Source of the DNA: an uncultured Nitrososphaerota archaeon
Lineage (GTDB): Archaea > Thermoproteota > EX4484-205 > JAAOZO01
NCBI GenBank assembly: GCA_964408285.1
Contig: CAYOYV010000005.1
Coordinates: 32,001 to 96,000, forward strand
Reading direction: 5' to 3'
DNA length: 64,000 nt
Under the pieces are notes generated by a model that saw only the letters and a program-made list of their open reading frames with translations, was not told where the DNA came from and did not search any database. Of this stretch, positions 47,354 through 56,148 are shown in pieces. Every line of letters begins with the position of its first letter. The first letter of the stretch is position 1. Both the position numbers and the translations under genes were made by a program.

Positions 47354-50146
47354 ATGGCAGAAGCATTTGGGATCGTAGTACCTCACACTCATTGGGACAG
47401 AGAATGGTATCTGACCTACCAAGAGTACAGGCTTAGGCTTGTCAGGGTATTGGACAGGCTTTTGGAGTTGTTTGAGGCAGGATGGAGCGTTCCGTGCTTC
47501 ATCATGGATGGTCAGACATCCGTCCTGGAGGACTATCTGGAATTGCGGCCTGAAAATGAGCGCAGATTAACCAGGCTGATTTCCAAGGGAAGGCTAAAGG
47601 TTGGGCCGTGGTATACGCAACCTGATGAATTCCTGTGCTCTCCGGAATCCATGATCAGGAACCTCTTGATCGCCAGAAAGATGGCAGAAAGGAAAGGTTG
47701 GGTCATCATGGAGATCGGATATGTCCCGGACACATTCGGGCATGTCTCTACCTTGCCAACCATCTTCAGCGGCTTCGGGCTGGACACATTTGTCTTCACA
47801 AGAGGACTTGGCGATGAAGCCAGGAAGCTGCCCCTTGAATTCATATGGGAAGCCCCGGATGGCAGCAAGCTGCTCGCCAGCTATCTATTTAGAGGATATT
47901 GCGCAATGATGGGTCTGGGATATTTGGGAGGCTCCTTTCAGTCAAGGTATGCGGAGACTCCTGAGGGATGGGGATCAGTCTACCTTGATGTGCACTATAG
48001 GGAGCCCTCAATCGACCTAGATGAGGCTCTCAAGAGAGTGCAAGGATTCACTGAGATGGCTCGGAAGAGGTCATCAACAGGGGTCCTCTTGTTTATGAAT
48101 GGCTGTGATCATCTCCCCCCTCAGTCCTCAATAGCGCAAATTGTTGGGCACATCAATGCATGTAGTGATTCTGTGAGACTGAAGATGGGTTCTTTTGAGG
48201 AGTATTTCAAAGAAGTGAAGAAGAGGCTCACAAATCCGGAAGTGCATAGGGGTGAAATGAGAGGTTGCCTCGAAATCCCTCTTCTGTGGGGTGTTACCTC
48301 GACAAGAACCTACCTCAAACAGGAGAATTACAGGGCAACATCCCTCCTTGAATCCTATGCGGAACCTCTGTTGGCAATCGCATGGTTCTTGGGAGCTGAC
48401 CTTCCCGATGCTTCGGTGGAACTTGCATGGAAGCTTGTGCTTCAGAATCAAGCACATGATAGCATATACGGGACCGGCGTTGACCCTCTTCACAGGGAAA
48501 ATGAATCCAGATTCCTGCAGGCAATAGGCATTGCCAGCAATCTTGCATACGATAGTCTCAGGTATATTGGAGAGAGAATGAAGAAGACTTCCGTCTCGCC
48601 ATATGATTCCGAGATCGTCGTATTCAATCCCCATCTGTGCGATCTGCCTGTCCCCGTCGTCTTCCAGGCGCAGATCCTTGACGGACCCATGGAGCTTGTT
48701 GACGACACTGGGGACAGCTTTCCTGTTCAGGCAATTGGAAGCAGCGGAGGCAGCAGCATCGTGACTGGTCTGTCCGATGTCTGCTCAGTCTTAGTCCTGC
48801 CTCAATTCGGCATTAAGAAATTCGGACTGAGGAAACATGCAGCGACACATTACGATCTGCCAAGAGGCCCCAGTTGGATCGAGAATGAGTATTTCAAAGT
48901 GGAGGCAGCCGCTGAGCTCGGAGGAATGCTTCGAGTCACAGACAAGGAACTTCAAAGGGTATTCGACGGATTCAATGTCTTCATTGATGAGGGAGATGCC
49001 GGGGATTCCTATGACTACTCTCCTCCCAAGGAGGATCGCGTCATCAGAAGCGACACTGTGAGCGCAGAAGTCACATCCTATTCGGGACCAGTTAGGGCCT
49101 CGCTGCGCCTGAGGACGACCATCATGGTTCCATCTGCTTCCGATGGAAACAGAAGATCGAGCATTCTAGTGCCCCTGCCGATAATATCTGAGGTCATCCT
49201 TTGGAAAAATGTGCCGAGGATCGATTTCAAGGTGGATGTCGACAATTCGGCCAAAGACCATAGATTTCGGGTCGAATTCCCCCTGGGCTTCGAGGTCAGA
49301 TCCTCAACTTCAGAGGGTCATTTCTCGGTCGTCAGCAGGTCGAAAACGCGACCTACGGGAGAGGGTTGGGTAGAGAAGCCACCCCAGACTCATCCTGCAC
49401 TGAGCTGGGTCGATGCCTCGAACGGAACCCTCGGTTTGATGATTGCAAACAAGGGCACCCCCGAGTACGAACTAACCGAAGACGGAAAGAGACTGCTTAT
49501 TACGCTCTTTAGGTCCATAGGTTGGCTGTCCAAGGAAGACCTTCCCATCCGCCCGGGTCATGCTGGCCCAGGTACAGAGACTCCTGACGCTCAGATGATT
49601 GGCAAATGGAGATTCGAGTACTCGGCGGTACTTCACAGGGGTGATTGGAAGGATTCATACATGATCGCAAGAGGCTTCTCGACACCGCCATTTGCGATCA
49701 CGGTCAGTTCGCTTTCCGAACGTGCCGAGACGAATCGCTCGCCCTGCCCATGCCAGGGGAAACAGCATCCCTCCTCGAGTAGGCTGAGTTCCACAGTCGA
49801 ATCCGTGCCGAAGTCTTCTTGGTCGATCTTGAGCAATGTCGGGGACGAAGTCTCCCTCACTGCCTTCAAGAAAGGAGCACCCAGGGGCTCCCTCCTCTTC
49901 AGGATAGCCGATCTGAGAGGGGAAGGCGCGAAGCCCGTTTTGATCGTCGGAACAGAAGCTCGCGCGATCAGGAATGCTGATTTCTCTGAGAAGCCAATCG
50001 GGCAGATTCCATCATCCAGAAATCAGCCCTTGCAGTTCAGCATGAAGCCAAATGAGGTCAAGACAATATTGTTCTATCCCCGGCGACCTAGAGGCCGTCC
50101 CTCGAACAGCAACGCCAGGTCCTCAAACAAAGCCAGCGCCTCCTGA
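47354..50146 (+). CDS. GH38 alpha-mannosidase (MngB-like)
   Basis: VPHTHWDREWY, MDGQ, VGPWY.QPDEF, PDTFGH, NGCDH, QAHDSIYG, DEGDAGDSY and TLFRSIGWLS. Confidence 0.92.
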   Translation: MAEAFGIVVPHTHWDREWYLTYQEYRLRLVRVLDRLLELFEAGWSVPCFIMDGQTSVLEDYLELRPENERRLTRLISKGRLKVGPWYTQPDEFLCSPESMIRNLLIARKMAERKGWVIMEIGYVPDTFGHVSTLPTIFSGFGLDTFVFTRGLGDEARKLPLEFIWEAPDGSKLLASYLFRGYCAMMGLGYLGGSFQSRYAETPEGWGSVYLDVHYREPSIDLDEALKRVQGFTEMARKRSSTGVLLFMNGCDHLPPQSSIAQIVGHINACSDSVRLKMGSFEEYFKEVKKRLTNPEVHRGEMRGCLEIPLLWGVTSTRTYLKQENYRATSLLESYAEPLLAIAWFLGADLPDASVELAWKLVLQNQAHDSIYGTGVDPLHRENESRFLQAIGIASNLAYDSLRYIGERMKKTSVSPYDSEIVVFNPHLCDLPVPVVFQAQILDGPMELVDDTGDSFPVQAIGSSGGSSIVTGLSDVCSVLVLPQFGIKKFGLRKHAATHYDLPRGPSWIENEYFKVEAAAELGGMLRVTDKELQRVFDGFNVFIDEGDAGDSYDYSPPKEDRVIRSDTVSAEVTSYSGPVRASLRLRTTIMVPSASDGNRRSSILVPLPIISEVILWKNVPRIDFKVDVDNSAKDHRFRVEFPLGFEVRSSTSEGHFSVVSRSKTRPTGEGWVEKPPQTHPALSWVDASNGTLGLMIANKGTPEYELTEDGKRLLITLFRSIGWLSKEDLPIRPGHAGPGTETPDAQMIGKWRFEYSAVLHRGDWKDSYMIARGFSTPPFAITVSSLSERAETNRSPCPCQGKQHPSSSRLSSTVESVPKSSWSILSNVGDEVSLTAFKKGAPRGSLLFRIADLRGEGAKPVLIVGTEARAIRNADFSEKPIGQIPSSRNQPLQFSMKPNEVKTILFYPRRPRGRPSNSNARSSNKASAS

Positions 50147-51144
50147 CATAGCCCCCTCAACCCCAAAACCCGCCCTACCCCATTCCACCCTCAACATCCC
50201 CCCGTTTCCAAAAATCGCACGAAATTCCCCCCTTCTACCCCGCCACAGATCTACGCGATCCACTAATGCAACATCCCCCAATCGCATTCCCCCATCTCCA
50301 GATGGGATTATATATAGATATATATGTCCTCCCCTGTGTCCTGGTCCGTTTCTATCCATCGAATGAATCATCACCTTTCCATATTTCGAACGACACTCGG
50401 GGCCACATGGCTATTCGTCCACATCAAGAATACTCAATCTTTCTGCGGTTGCATATCGCACCATGTCATTATCATTAAGCACTAATGGACCCCCTCTGTC
50501 GTCGCTAACCATGGTTCTTTACCCTCGCTTATGCCCAACGCGACCCTTCATATGATGAGCACTAATAGCAATATACCGATCAGATAGACTATTCTTGTCC
50601 GACAAACCTTGCCCCGTTTGCTCTTCGATTTCTAGTAAAGGTGTACTCCGGACGATTTTCGGAAAAGGCCATGGGGCAGGAACATCAATAGGAATTCCTG
50701 CATAAAATCTTTTATATTATCTATATTATCGCCTCGATGGCCAGCGATCGGTCCATCCGAAGGGAGGACGCGTCCATGGCCTTTAAGGCGCTGAGTGGAC
50801 GAGGCTTGGGGCGGAGCCAAGAGCAGATGTACAATCTTTCGATTTCTGGAAGGGCATCTTGTGCGTTGTGTTTGTAACCGCGATGGAAGGACAGAGGAGG
50901 AGATCAGGAAAATGGCGTTTTCTGACCTAGGGCGACGTAGGGCGAGAGGATGATAACGCAGCTCGTGGCATTCTGAAACGGAGGTTCGGAGCGGCCCAGG
51001 ACATTCTGGGCGTCAGCATCCCCTGGAGCCGGATCGCCCGATCCGTTCCTGGACATGGGTCACTACATCGTGCGCCCTAGTTTCCAATAATAAGGTCAAG
51101 TCGGTTGAGAGGACCTCAATGAGTGGCAAAAATGATAAATAGGA
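50147..51144. other. ~1 kb non-coding region; candidate replication origin or structural locus
   Basis: No credible ORF, C-rich left arm, G-rich right arm, and two AT-rich islands (50307-50327, 50702-50730). Confidence 0.35.
50152..50306. repeat. C-tract-rich low-complexity region (G-quadruplex-type motif on the minus strand) with a degenerate direct repeat
   Basis: Runs of 3-6 C at 50152, 50161, 50169, 50173, 50178, 50188, 50198, 50227, 50238, 50275 and 50289. CAACATCCCCC occurs at 50192 and 50269, each followed by AATCGC and ATTCCCCC. Confidence 0.7.
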
Positions 51145-51468
51145 TTGGTTGGGACGGGAATCCCGGTGGCAGACCACGGCATGATGAGCTACACATTCGG
51201 CATAATACTAGGGATCATACCTGCACTCCTATATGGGCGAATTGGTGGTGACGAATCGATTCTGGCGAAAAGACCTGGATTGATGCGTCTGTTGCATTAT
51301 GTCCACCATTGGATGTTGGGCTTGGCAATTGTCCTTATCGGCTGTCTCCTTTACTACTATGACCCATCATCGACTTTGGAGTTCGTCATAGGGGTGGGCA
51401 CAGGCATGACGATAGATGATCTTCTTTTTCACAGTTTCGAAAACTATTTCCAGCGCAAGGTCAAATGA
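51145..51468 (+). CDS. Small membrane protein, hypothetical
   Basis: Three hydrophobic segments with HYVHHW..G and GMTIDD motifs. The start may be ATG 51181. Confidence 0.65.
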   Translation: MVGTGIPVADHGMMSYTFGIILGIIPALLYGRIGGDESILAKRPGLMRLLHYVHHWMLGLAIVLIGCLLYYYDPSSTLEFVIGVGTGMTIDDLLFHSFENYFQRKVK

Positions 51469-51629
51469 CTATCAAGACAAGGTGATTCTCTTCCGCCTTT
51501 CCCCAATCAGCTAACCCGGTCGATGTCGTCTTCTTTCGCAGGAAGACCCACTGTGATTCTTATGGGCATGGTTGCCGAGAATCGAACAATATACCCGCAG
51601 CAATTCGATTGAGACTTATAAGCTGATTA

Positions 51630-52676
51630 GTGACGGAGTCCGCAAGGGAGCACAATCCCATGGACTTTCTCGGTATCGAGATACCTGACTACGGCATGGC
51701 CATAATCATAATGGGTGCTTTTCTCATCTTGGCACAAGTGTTTCTGTATCTCATGAAGGCCTACCTCGGCAAATACGCGCGAGCGACTGCAACCGCCTTG
51801 GACGATGATCTCGTGAATGCCCTGCGGATTCCAGGCTCGTTGACCCTGTTATTCATGGGCTTTGACCTCAGTTTCCCCTATCTTCAAGCCTACATCGACC
51901 CGACGCTCGCCGACCTAATACTGAAGGTGGACGATGCCATTCTGATTGGTTTGTTCGGATTCGTCTTCTACAGAGCCTTCAACGTCATCATCCAATGGTA
52001 TGGCACCTTTGTCGCCAAGAGAACTGCGACAAGAATAGATGACATAATAATCCCGATAATCAGAAGATTTGGAAAACTCCTCATAGCTGCCATTATTTTC
52101 ATCATAGTTCTCTATATGTTCAATGTGGACATCACGGCCCCAATAGCAGGTTTGGGTCTAGCTGGCCTCTCAGTTTCGCTTGCTGCCCAAGATACGATAG
52201 CGAACTTCATCGCAAGCGTCTTCCTTTTCACGGACAGGCCTTTCGGTGAGGGAGATACAATCCAGCTTCCTACCGGTGAAGTCTGTGAGGTGATTGAGAT
52301 AGGAGTGAGACGAACCAAGCTCTTCGATGTGAACAGCAACAACTACATTGTCGTGACCAATTCCGATCTGGCGAAATGGAAGATCACGAATCTGACTCTT
52401 CCCACCAGAAAGCTCAGAATGAGCATCCCGATCTCCGTGGAAGCCCACCAAGATCTCGAAAAAATAAAGGAGCTAGTATTAAAGGTGGCATCCGGAAGCC
52501 CTCATGTCGCAAAGGACCCTCAACCCCAGATTCTCTGTACGGGTTTGTCCGCATTGGCCATGAAACTGGAGCTGATCGTCTATATCGATGATTTCCACGA
52601 TCGATTGATCACCATGGACGAGATCTATTCCGAAGTGAAGAGAGTCTTCGCCAAGGAGAGCATCCGCTTGATCTGA
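51630..52676 (+). CDS. Small-conductance mechanosensitive channel (MscS family)
   Basis: AGLGLAGLSVSLAAQDTIANF, DRPFGEGD, EIGVRRTKL, VTNS and ITNLT. Confidence 0.92.
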   Translation: MTESAREHNPMDFLGIEIPDYGMAIIIMGAFLILAQVFLYLMKAYLGKYARATATALDDDLVNALRIPGSLTLLFMGFDLSFPYLQAYIDPTLADLILKVDDAILIGLFGFVFYRAFNVIIQWYGTFVAKRTATRIDDIIIPIIRRFGKLLIAAIIFIIVLYMFNVDITAPIAGLGLAGLSVSLAAQDTIANFIASVFLFTDRPFGEGDTIQLPTGEVCEVIEIGVRRTKLFDVNSNNYIVVTNSDLAKWKITNLTLPTRKLRMSIPISVEAHQDLEKIKELVLKVASGSPHVAKDPQPQILCTGLSALAMKLELIVYIDDFHDRLITMDEIYSEVKRVFAKESIRLI

Positions 52677-52762
52677 AGGAGCTGGGAACACCTCCTGTCA
52701 GATGGGGAAAAACAGATGGGATCAGGCTCCTAAAAGCTGATTCATGATGCTTCCGCCCCCAT

Positions 52763-54580
52763 TCACCTGACTCCTCCTCCGCCTCCACCGAATCCCCCGC
52801 CGCCTCCGAAACCTCCTCCACCGCCACCCATGCCTCCCCCTCCTCGAGAGCTCTTGGGAGCCACCCAGGTCACGATTGGATGGAAGGTTGTATACATCCT
52901 TGGTACGAATTCGGCCATTTCAACCGGAACATTGAGTACCTTCATGGCTTCTGCTACCTTATCACCAACGCCAAGGGCCGTCCCATATGCAAGCCACTCC
53001 CCCCACATTGCTAGATCCTGAGGTGCATATTGCCTGATTAGAGCGAGGTCAGAAAGGAAGCTCCTGAATGCGTCCCACTCCAATCTCTCCTTGTATGTAT
53101 CCTTCTTCCATTTTCCAAACAATGTTGATGGAAAGGCCATCGCGATAATTGTCTGAGCCAGCGGAATGAGCGACATGAAATGCGATTCTCCCCACGACAA
53201 ATATGGCAGGACAGGAATCATCTCTTCTGCTAGGAACCCCCCAATGAATAAAACGATCGGCAGGGGAAGGAATGCCAAAAGCTTCTTTCTCCCCTCCTCT
53301 ACGAACTCACTTCCGACTTCCGGATCCGCTTTATGGAATAAGTAGACATAGTCCCTTTGCATCTCCATCAGGAATCCGTAGCTTCTCTCTGATGATTGAG
53401 CACGAATCAGCTCCTTGAGCTTGTCAGATTCAACCACTCCATCTACGCTCATTTTCTGTAGGAAGCCGAGGGCTCTGAGTTCGTAGTGGTCTCCGTGGTT
53501 TGGATCGAGTACCTTGATCGACAAAGAGTCCCCGTGACTCGATATCTTGATCTTGCCCTTCATGTGGAGATCCAACAGAGTGGCATAGAATCCATTTTGA
53601 TCGAAGTCAAACGCATCATCGCTGAATACCAAATTGACGAGCCAAGGTTTTCTATCCTTGTTCGGCACGAAGCTAAGGTAAGAAGGAACCACGAACATCC
53701 GTTCTCTTCCGAACAGAAAATAGACTACAATGAATAATGCAGGATATACGAACATCAGGACTACCGGCGCCATGTTGACAAGAAGTGCAACATAATACTG
53801 GGCAGAGTATGCCAGATTCGCCTGGTCCGTCTGCCCCTTGACATCATTCATTGGTGTTGAGAATGACGCCAGGAGCTTCAGAACGTCCTTCTTAAGGAGC
53901 ATCTCAATTTCGATCATCTCATTTCTGGCGGCAGTTCCCGATATGATGACCCTATCCCCGTTCTTCGTCACCTTCAATAGAGGAGGATGTGGATATAGCT
54001 CTACAATGTATTCGGCATCCTCCAGAACTATCCTGACATCTCGATACGGGATATGCTCGTTTGCCAACTTCAAGTTGAGATGAACTAGGTTCTGATCATT
54101 CTGAGTCGGCGGGAATATCCTGAATCTGTACGTGACTGCGTAAATCCCGGCCGACAGCCTTTCTGGCTTATAGCAACCTACCTCATTTGACACTGCCAAT
54201 TGCGCTATCGCACTCACAATGGCGGGATTCCGGTCATACGGCGGATCGACCCAAACGGAACCTTCGTTGTCCTTCATGTATCTTACTAGGCCTTCGGGAG
54301 CAGATATGGACAGCAACCTTATGTACGGTTCGTTGAGCTTGTCCCTTGTAAGAGGGGCCTCCCATGTCCTATACAGCATCCTGTATCTCCCTGAGACTCC
54401 TATATTGTAGAGGTAGTCCTCAACAAGGGTCCCATTCGCAAAGAGGGTAGCGTGATATTCATCTGCAGCTACACGTTCCTCCTCAATTCCCCCGGCAACG
54501 AATCTTGTGAGGGAGAATCCGATAGCTCCTACTGCTACGGTGATGATGACGAGTGCCGAAATGAGCTTGGTCTCAGACAA
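52763..54580 (-). CDS. DUF2207 family membrane protein with Gly-rich tail
   Basis: Extracellular beta domain, TM helices, ATLLDL..KG, WDAFRSFLSD, WGEWLAYGTALGV and a GGGFGGGGGFGGGGGG tail. Lies downstream of lemA. Confidence 0.88.
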   Translation of the reverse strand: MSETKLISALVIITVAVGAIGFSLTRFVAGGIEEERVAADEYHATLFANGTLVEDYLYNIGVSGRYRMLYRTWEAPLTRDKLNEPYIRLLSISAPEGLVRYMKDNEGSVWVDPPYDRNPAIVSAIAQLAVSNEVGCYKPERLSAGIYAVTYRFRIFPPTQNDQNLVHLNLKLANEHIPYRDVRIVLEDAEYIVELYPHPPLLKVTKNGDRVIISGTAARNEMIEIEMLLKKDVLKLLASFSTPMNDVKGQTDQANLAYSAQYYVALLVNMAPVVLMFVYPALFIVVYFLFGRERMFVVPSYLSFVPNKDRKPWLVNLVFSDDAFDFDQNGFYATLLDLHMKGKIKISSHGDSLSIKVLDPNHGDHYELRALGFLQKMSVDGVVESDKLKELIRAQSSERSYGFLMEMQRDYVYLFHKADPEVGSEFVEEGRKKLLAFLPLPIVLFIGGFLAEEMIPVLPYLSWGESHFMSLIPLAQTIIAMAFPSTLFGKWKKDTYKERLEWDAFRSFLSDLALIRQYAPQDLAMWGEWLAYGTALGVGDKVAEAMKVLNVPVEMAEFVPRMYTTFHPIVTWVAPKSSRGGGGMGGGGGGFGGGGGFGGGGGGVR

Positions 54581-54591
54581 TCTCCCCTCAC

Positions 54592-55155
54592 TTAGAACTC
54601 TATCTTCGGCGGCTTCTCAATCTCTTCCTCGAACTTGAGATAATCCATTCTTCCTAGCCCCGTAAGACCGGCCACGAATTTAGATGGAACCGTGTCCATC
54701 ATTATGTTGAATTGCTGGATTATGTTGTTATAGGTGTATCTTTGCCTTGCTATTTCGTCCTCGACGCTCTTCACAGAATCCATAAGATTCGTGACCGTGC
54801 CTGATGTTTTTAGATCAGGATACGCCTCCGCGACTGCAACTATGTTGCCGAATATCCGCCTCGACTCGCGGTCTATCTCACCCAAATCGGTGGCCCCTGC
54901 TTTGGCTATCCCGCTCCTTAGGCTCGTTACCTTTTCCAGAACCTCTCTTTCGAATCTTGCATAGCTTTTGACCGAATCAAGCAACTGCTCGATCATGTCA
55001 AGTCTCTTCTTCATCGCGACCCTAATCTGACCAAGAGTGGCATCGGCTGAATTCTTCAGGCTGAAGAACCTGTTATAGATTCCTATGACGTAGAGAATCA
55101 CAAGAATGGCGATGAGCGCAACGAATCCTATTATGGCAAGTGATAACAAGTCCAT
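54592..55155 (-). CDS. lemA: LemA family protein
   Basis: N-terminal TM, YNRF, KKRLDMI..L, YARFERE, AEAYPDLK, EDEIARQRYTYN and VPSKFVA. Confidence 0.93.
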   Translation of the reverse strand: MDLLSLAIIGFVALIAILVILYVIGIYNRFFSLKNSADATLGQIRVAMKKRLDMIEQLLDSVKSYARFEREVLEKVTSLRSGIAKAGATDLGEIDRESRRIFGNIVAVAEAYPDLKTSGTVTNLMDSVKSVEDEIARQRYTYNNIIQQFNIMMDTVPSKFVAGLTGLGRMDYLKFEEEIEKPPKIEF

Positions 55156-55161
55156 TTCCCT

Positions 55162-56055
55162 TTACCTCGCGGTGCGAACGTGCCACATCCTCTTAAAGCT
55201 TGCTTCATCAGGATTGCCCCCGTGACTATTGTCAGGAAGGACGACAGTTGCCTGCAGACCTTGATTGCCTGATGACGGTTTGGACCTTATGCTCAGAACA
55301 AGTATGATGAATAGAATCAAACAGGAAAATACAGGTATAGTAACAGAAACAGGCAGACCGAGAATTGATGTGAGCAAGTCACTTTCCTGGGATTCAGACG
55401 CAGGATAGTCACCTAGTTCGCCTTCGGCGTAATATCTCACCAGCTCCATATAACGTGTCCAATTCCAGTTCCCACCGGGGTCATAGTGATGGCTTGCTCC
55501 CCCTCCCAGATTGACATTCTTCGGATCAGGAACTTGGTCATGACCTATGATTCCACTGCCTTTCGAAGGGTCTGCTGGGGCAAGACCGATAGGGTGATTC
55601 AAAGATATGTTATATTTTCTCACGAGGTATCCCACCATCTTGGCTGATCCACGGTATTCCTTGTCGGTGAACAGATCCTGATCCGCATAGCCAGCGTGCT
55701 CAATTCCTATCGAGTGTTCGTTGTAGGCCCAATTCCCCGCGTGCCAAGCTATGTCCTTGTCCCTGACCATCTGATAGATATTCCCCTCATAGTCCACCAC
55801 ATAGTGGGAACTGGCCTTCGCTCTGATATCCTTGAACCAATTCATTGCTGCCTGCGCAGTGCCTTCTATATCGTGTATCACTATCCATCTTATAATCAAT
55901 CCGTTGGATTCCCTATCGCTCTCCGTGAAATTCGAGCTCAGCGCGGGCTCCCACTCAGCGCCGGGATAATCCGTGCTTGATGATATGGCAAAACCTAGGA
56001 GCATCATCCCCAAGAGAAGAAGAGCGATTGATACGACTGCCCGAACCGATCCCAC
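55162..56055 (-). CDS. Zn-dependent N-acetylmuramoyl-L-alanine amidase (Amidase_2/AmpD/PGRP family), with signal peptide and C-terminal TM anchor
   Basis: IVIHDIEG, SSHYVV, QMVRDKDIAWHAG, SIGIEH, IIGHDQV and HYDPG, with hydrophobic N- and C-terminal helices. Confidence 0.92.
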   Translation of the reverse strand: MGSVRAVVSIALLLLGMMLLGFAISSSTDYPGAEWEPALSSNFTESDRESNGLIIRWIVIHDIEGTAQAAMNWFKDIRAKASSHYVVDYEGNIYQMVRDKDIAWHAGNWAYNEHSIGIEHAGYADQDLFTDKEYRGSAKMVGYLVRKYNISLNHPIGLAPADPSKGSGIIGHDQVPDPKNVNLGGGASHHYDPGGNWNWTRYMELVRYYAEGELGDYPASESQESDLLTSILGLPVSVTIPVFSCLILFIILVLSIRSKPSSGNQGLQATVVLPDNSHGGNPDEASFKRMWHVRTAR

Positions 56056-56113
56056 GATCGGATTGGTTGCTTTGCCTCTAATAAGAATTGCGATTCAGCG
56101 CTGCAATCTAACG

Positions 56114-56145
56114 TTAAAATAGTTGCCAGAGAAATCCCTCTGGCA
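56114..56145 (+). promoter_or_regulatory. TATA-like box (TTAAAA) followed by an 8-6-8 inverted repeat TGCCAGAG-AAATCC-CTCTGGCA in the amidase/GHL10 divergent intergenic region
   Basis: TTAAAA at 56114-56119 and a perfect 8-bp inverted repeat at 56124-56145, ending 3 bp before ATG 56149. Confidence 0.5.
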
Positions 56146-56148
56146 TCA

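Noticed and set aside
50052-50478. Short ORFs (50052..50366 +, 50123..50374 -, 50266..50478 +) over the C-rich tract
   Set aside because: The Pro-rich or Gly-rich translations simply reflect low-complexity DNA, with no family motifs.
50552-50602. Possible C/D-box sRNA (ATGATGA ... CCGA ... CCGA)
   Set aside because: The C box is perfect, but both D boxes are CCGA rather than CTGA, there is no convincing C' box or terminal stem, and no target can be verified by eye.
52766-52845. CCT/CCG-rich repeat-like sequence
   Set aside because: It encodes the Gly-rich C-terminal tail typical of DUF2207 proteins and is not an independent repeat.
55162-56055. Amidase as a prophage endolysin or as evidence that the contig is bacterial
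   Set aside because: There are no holin, structural or integrase genes nearby, and the flanking genes and the rest of the window carry archaeal signatures.
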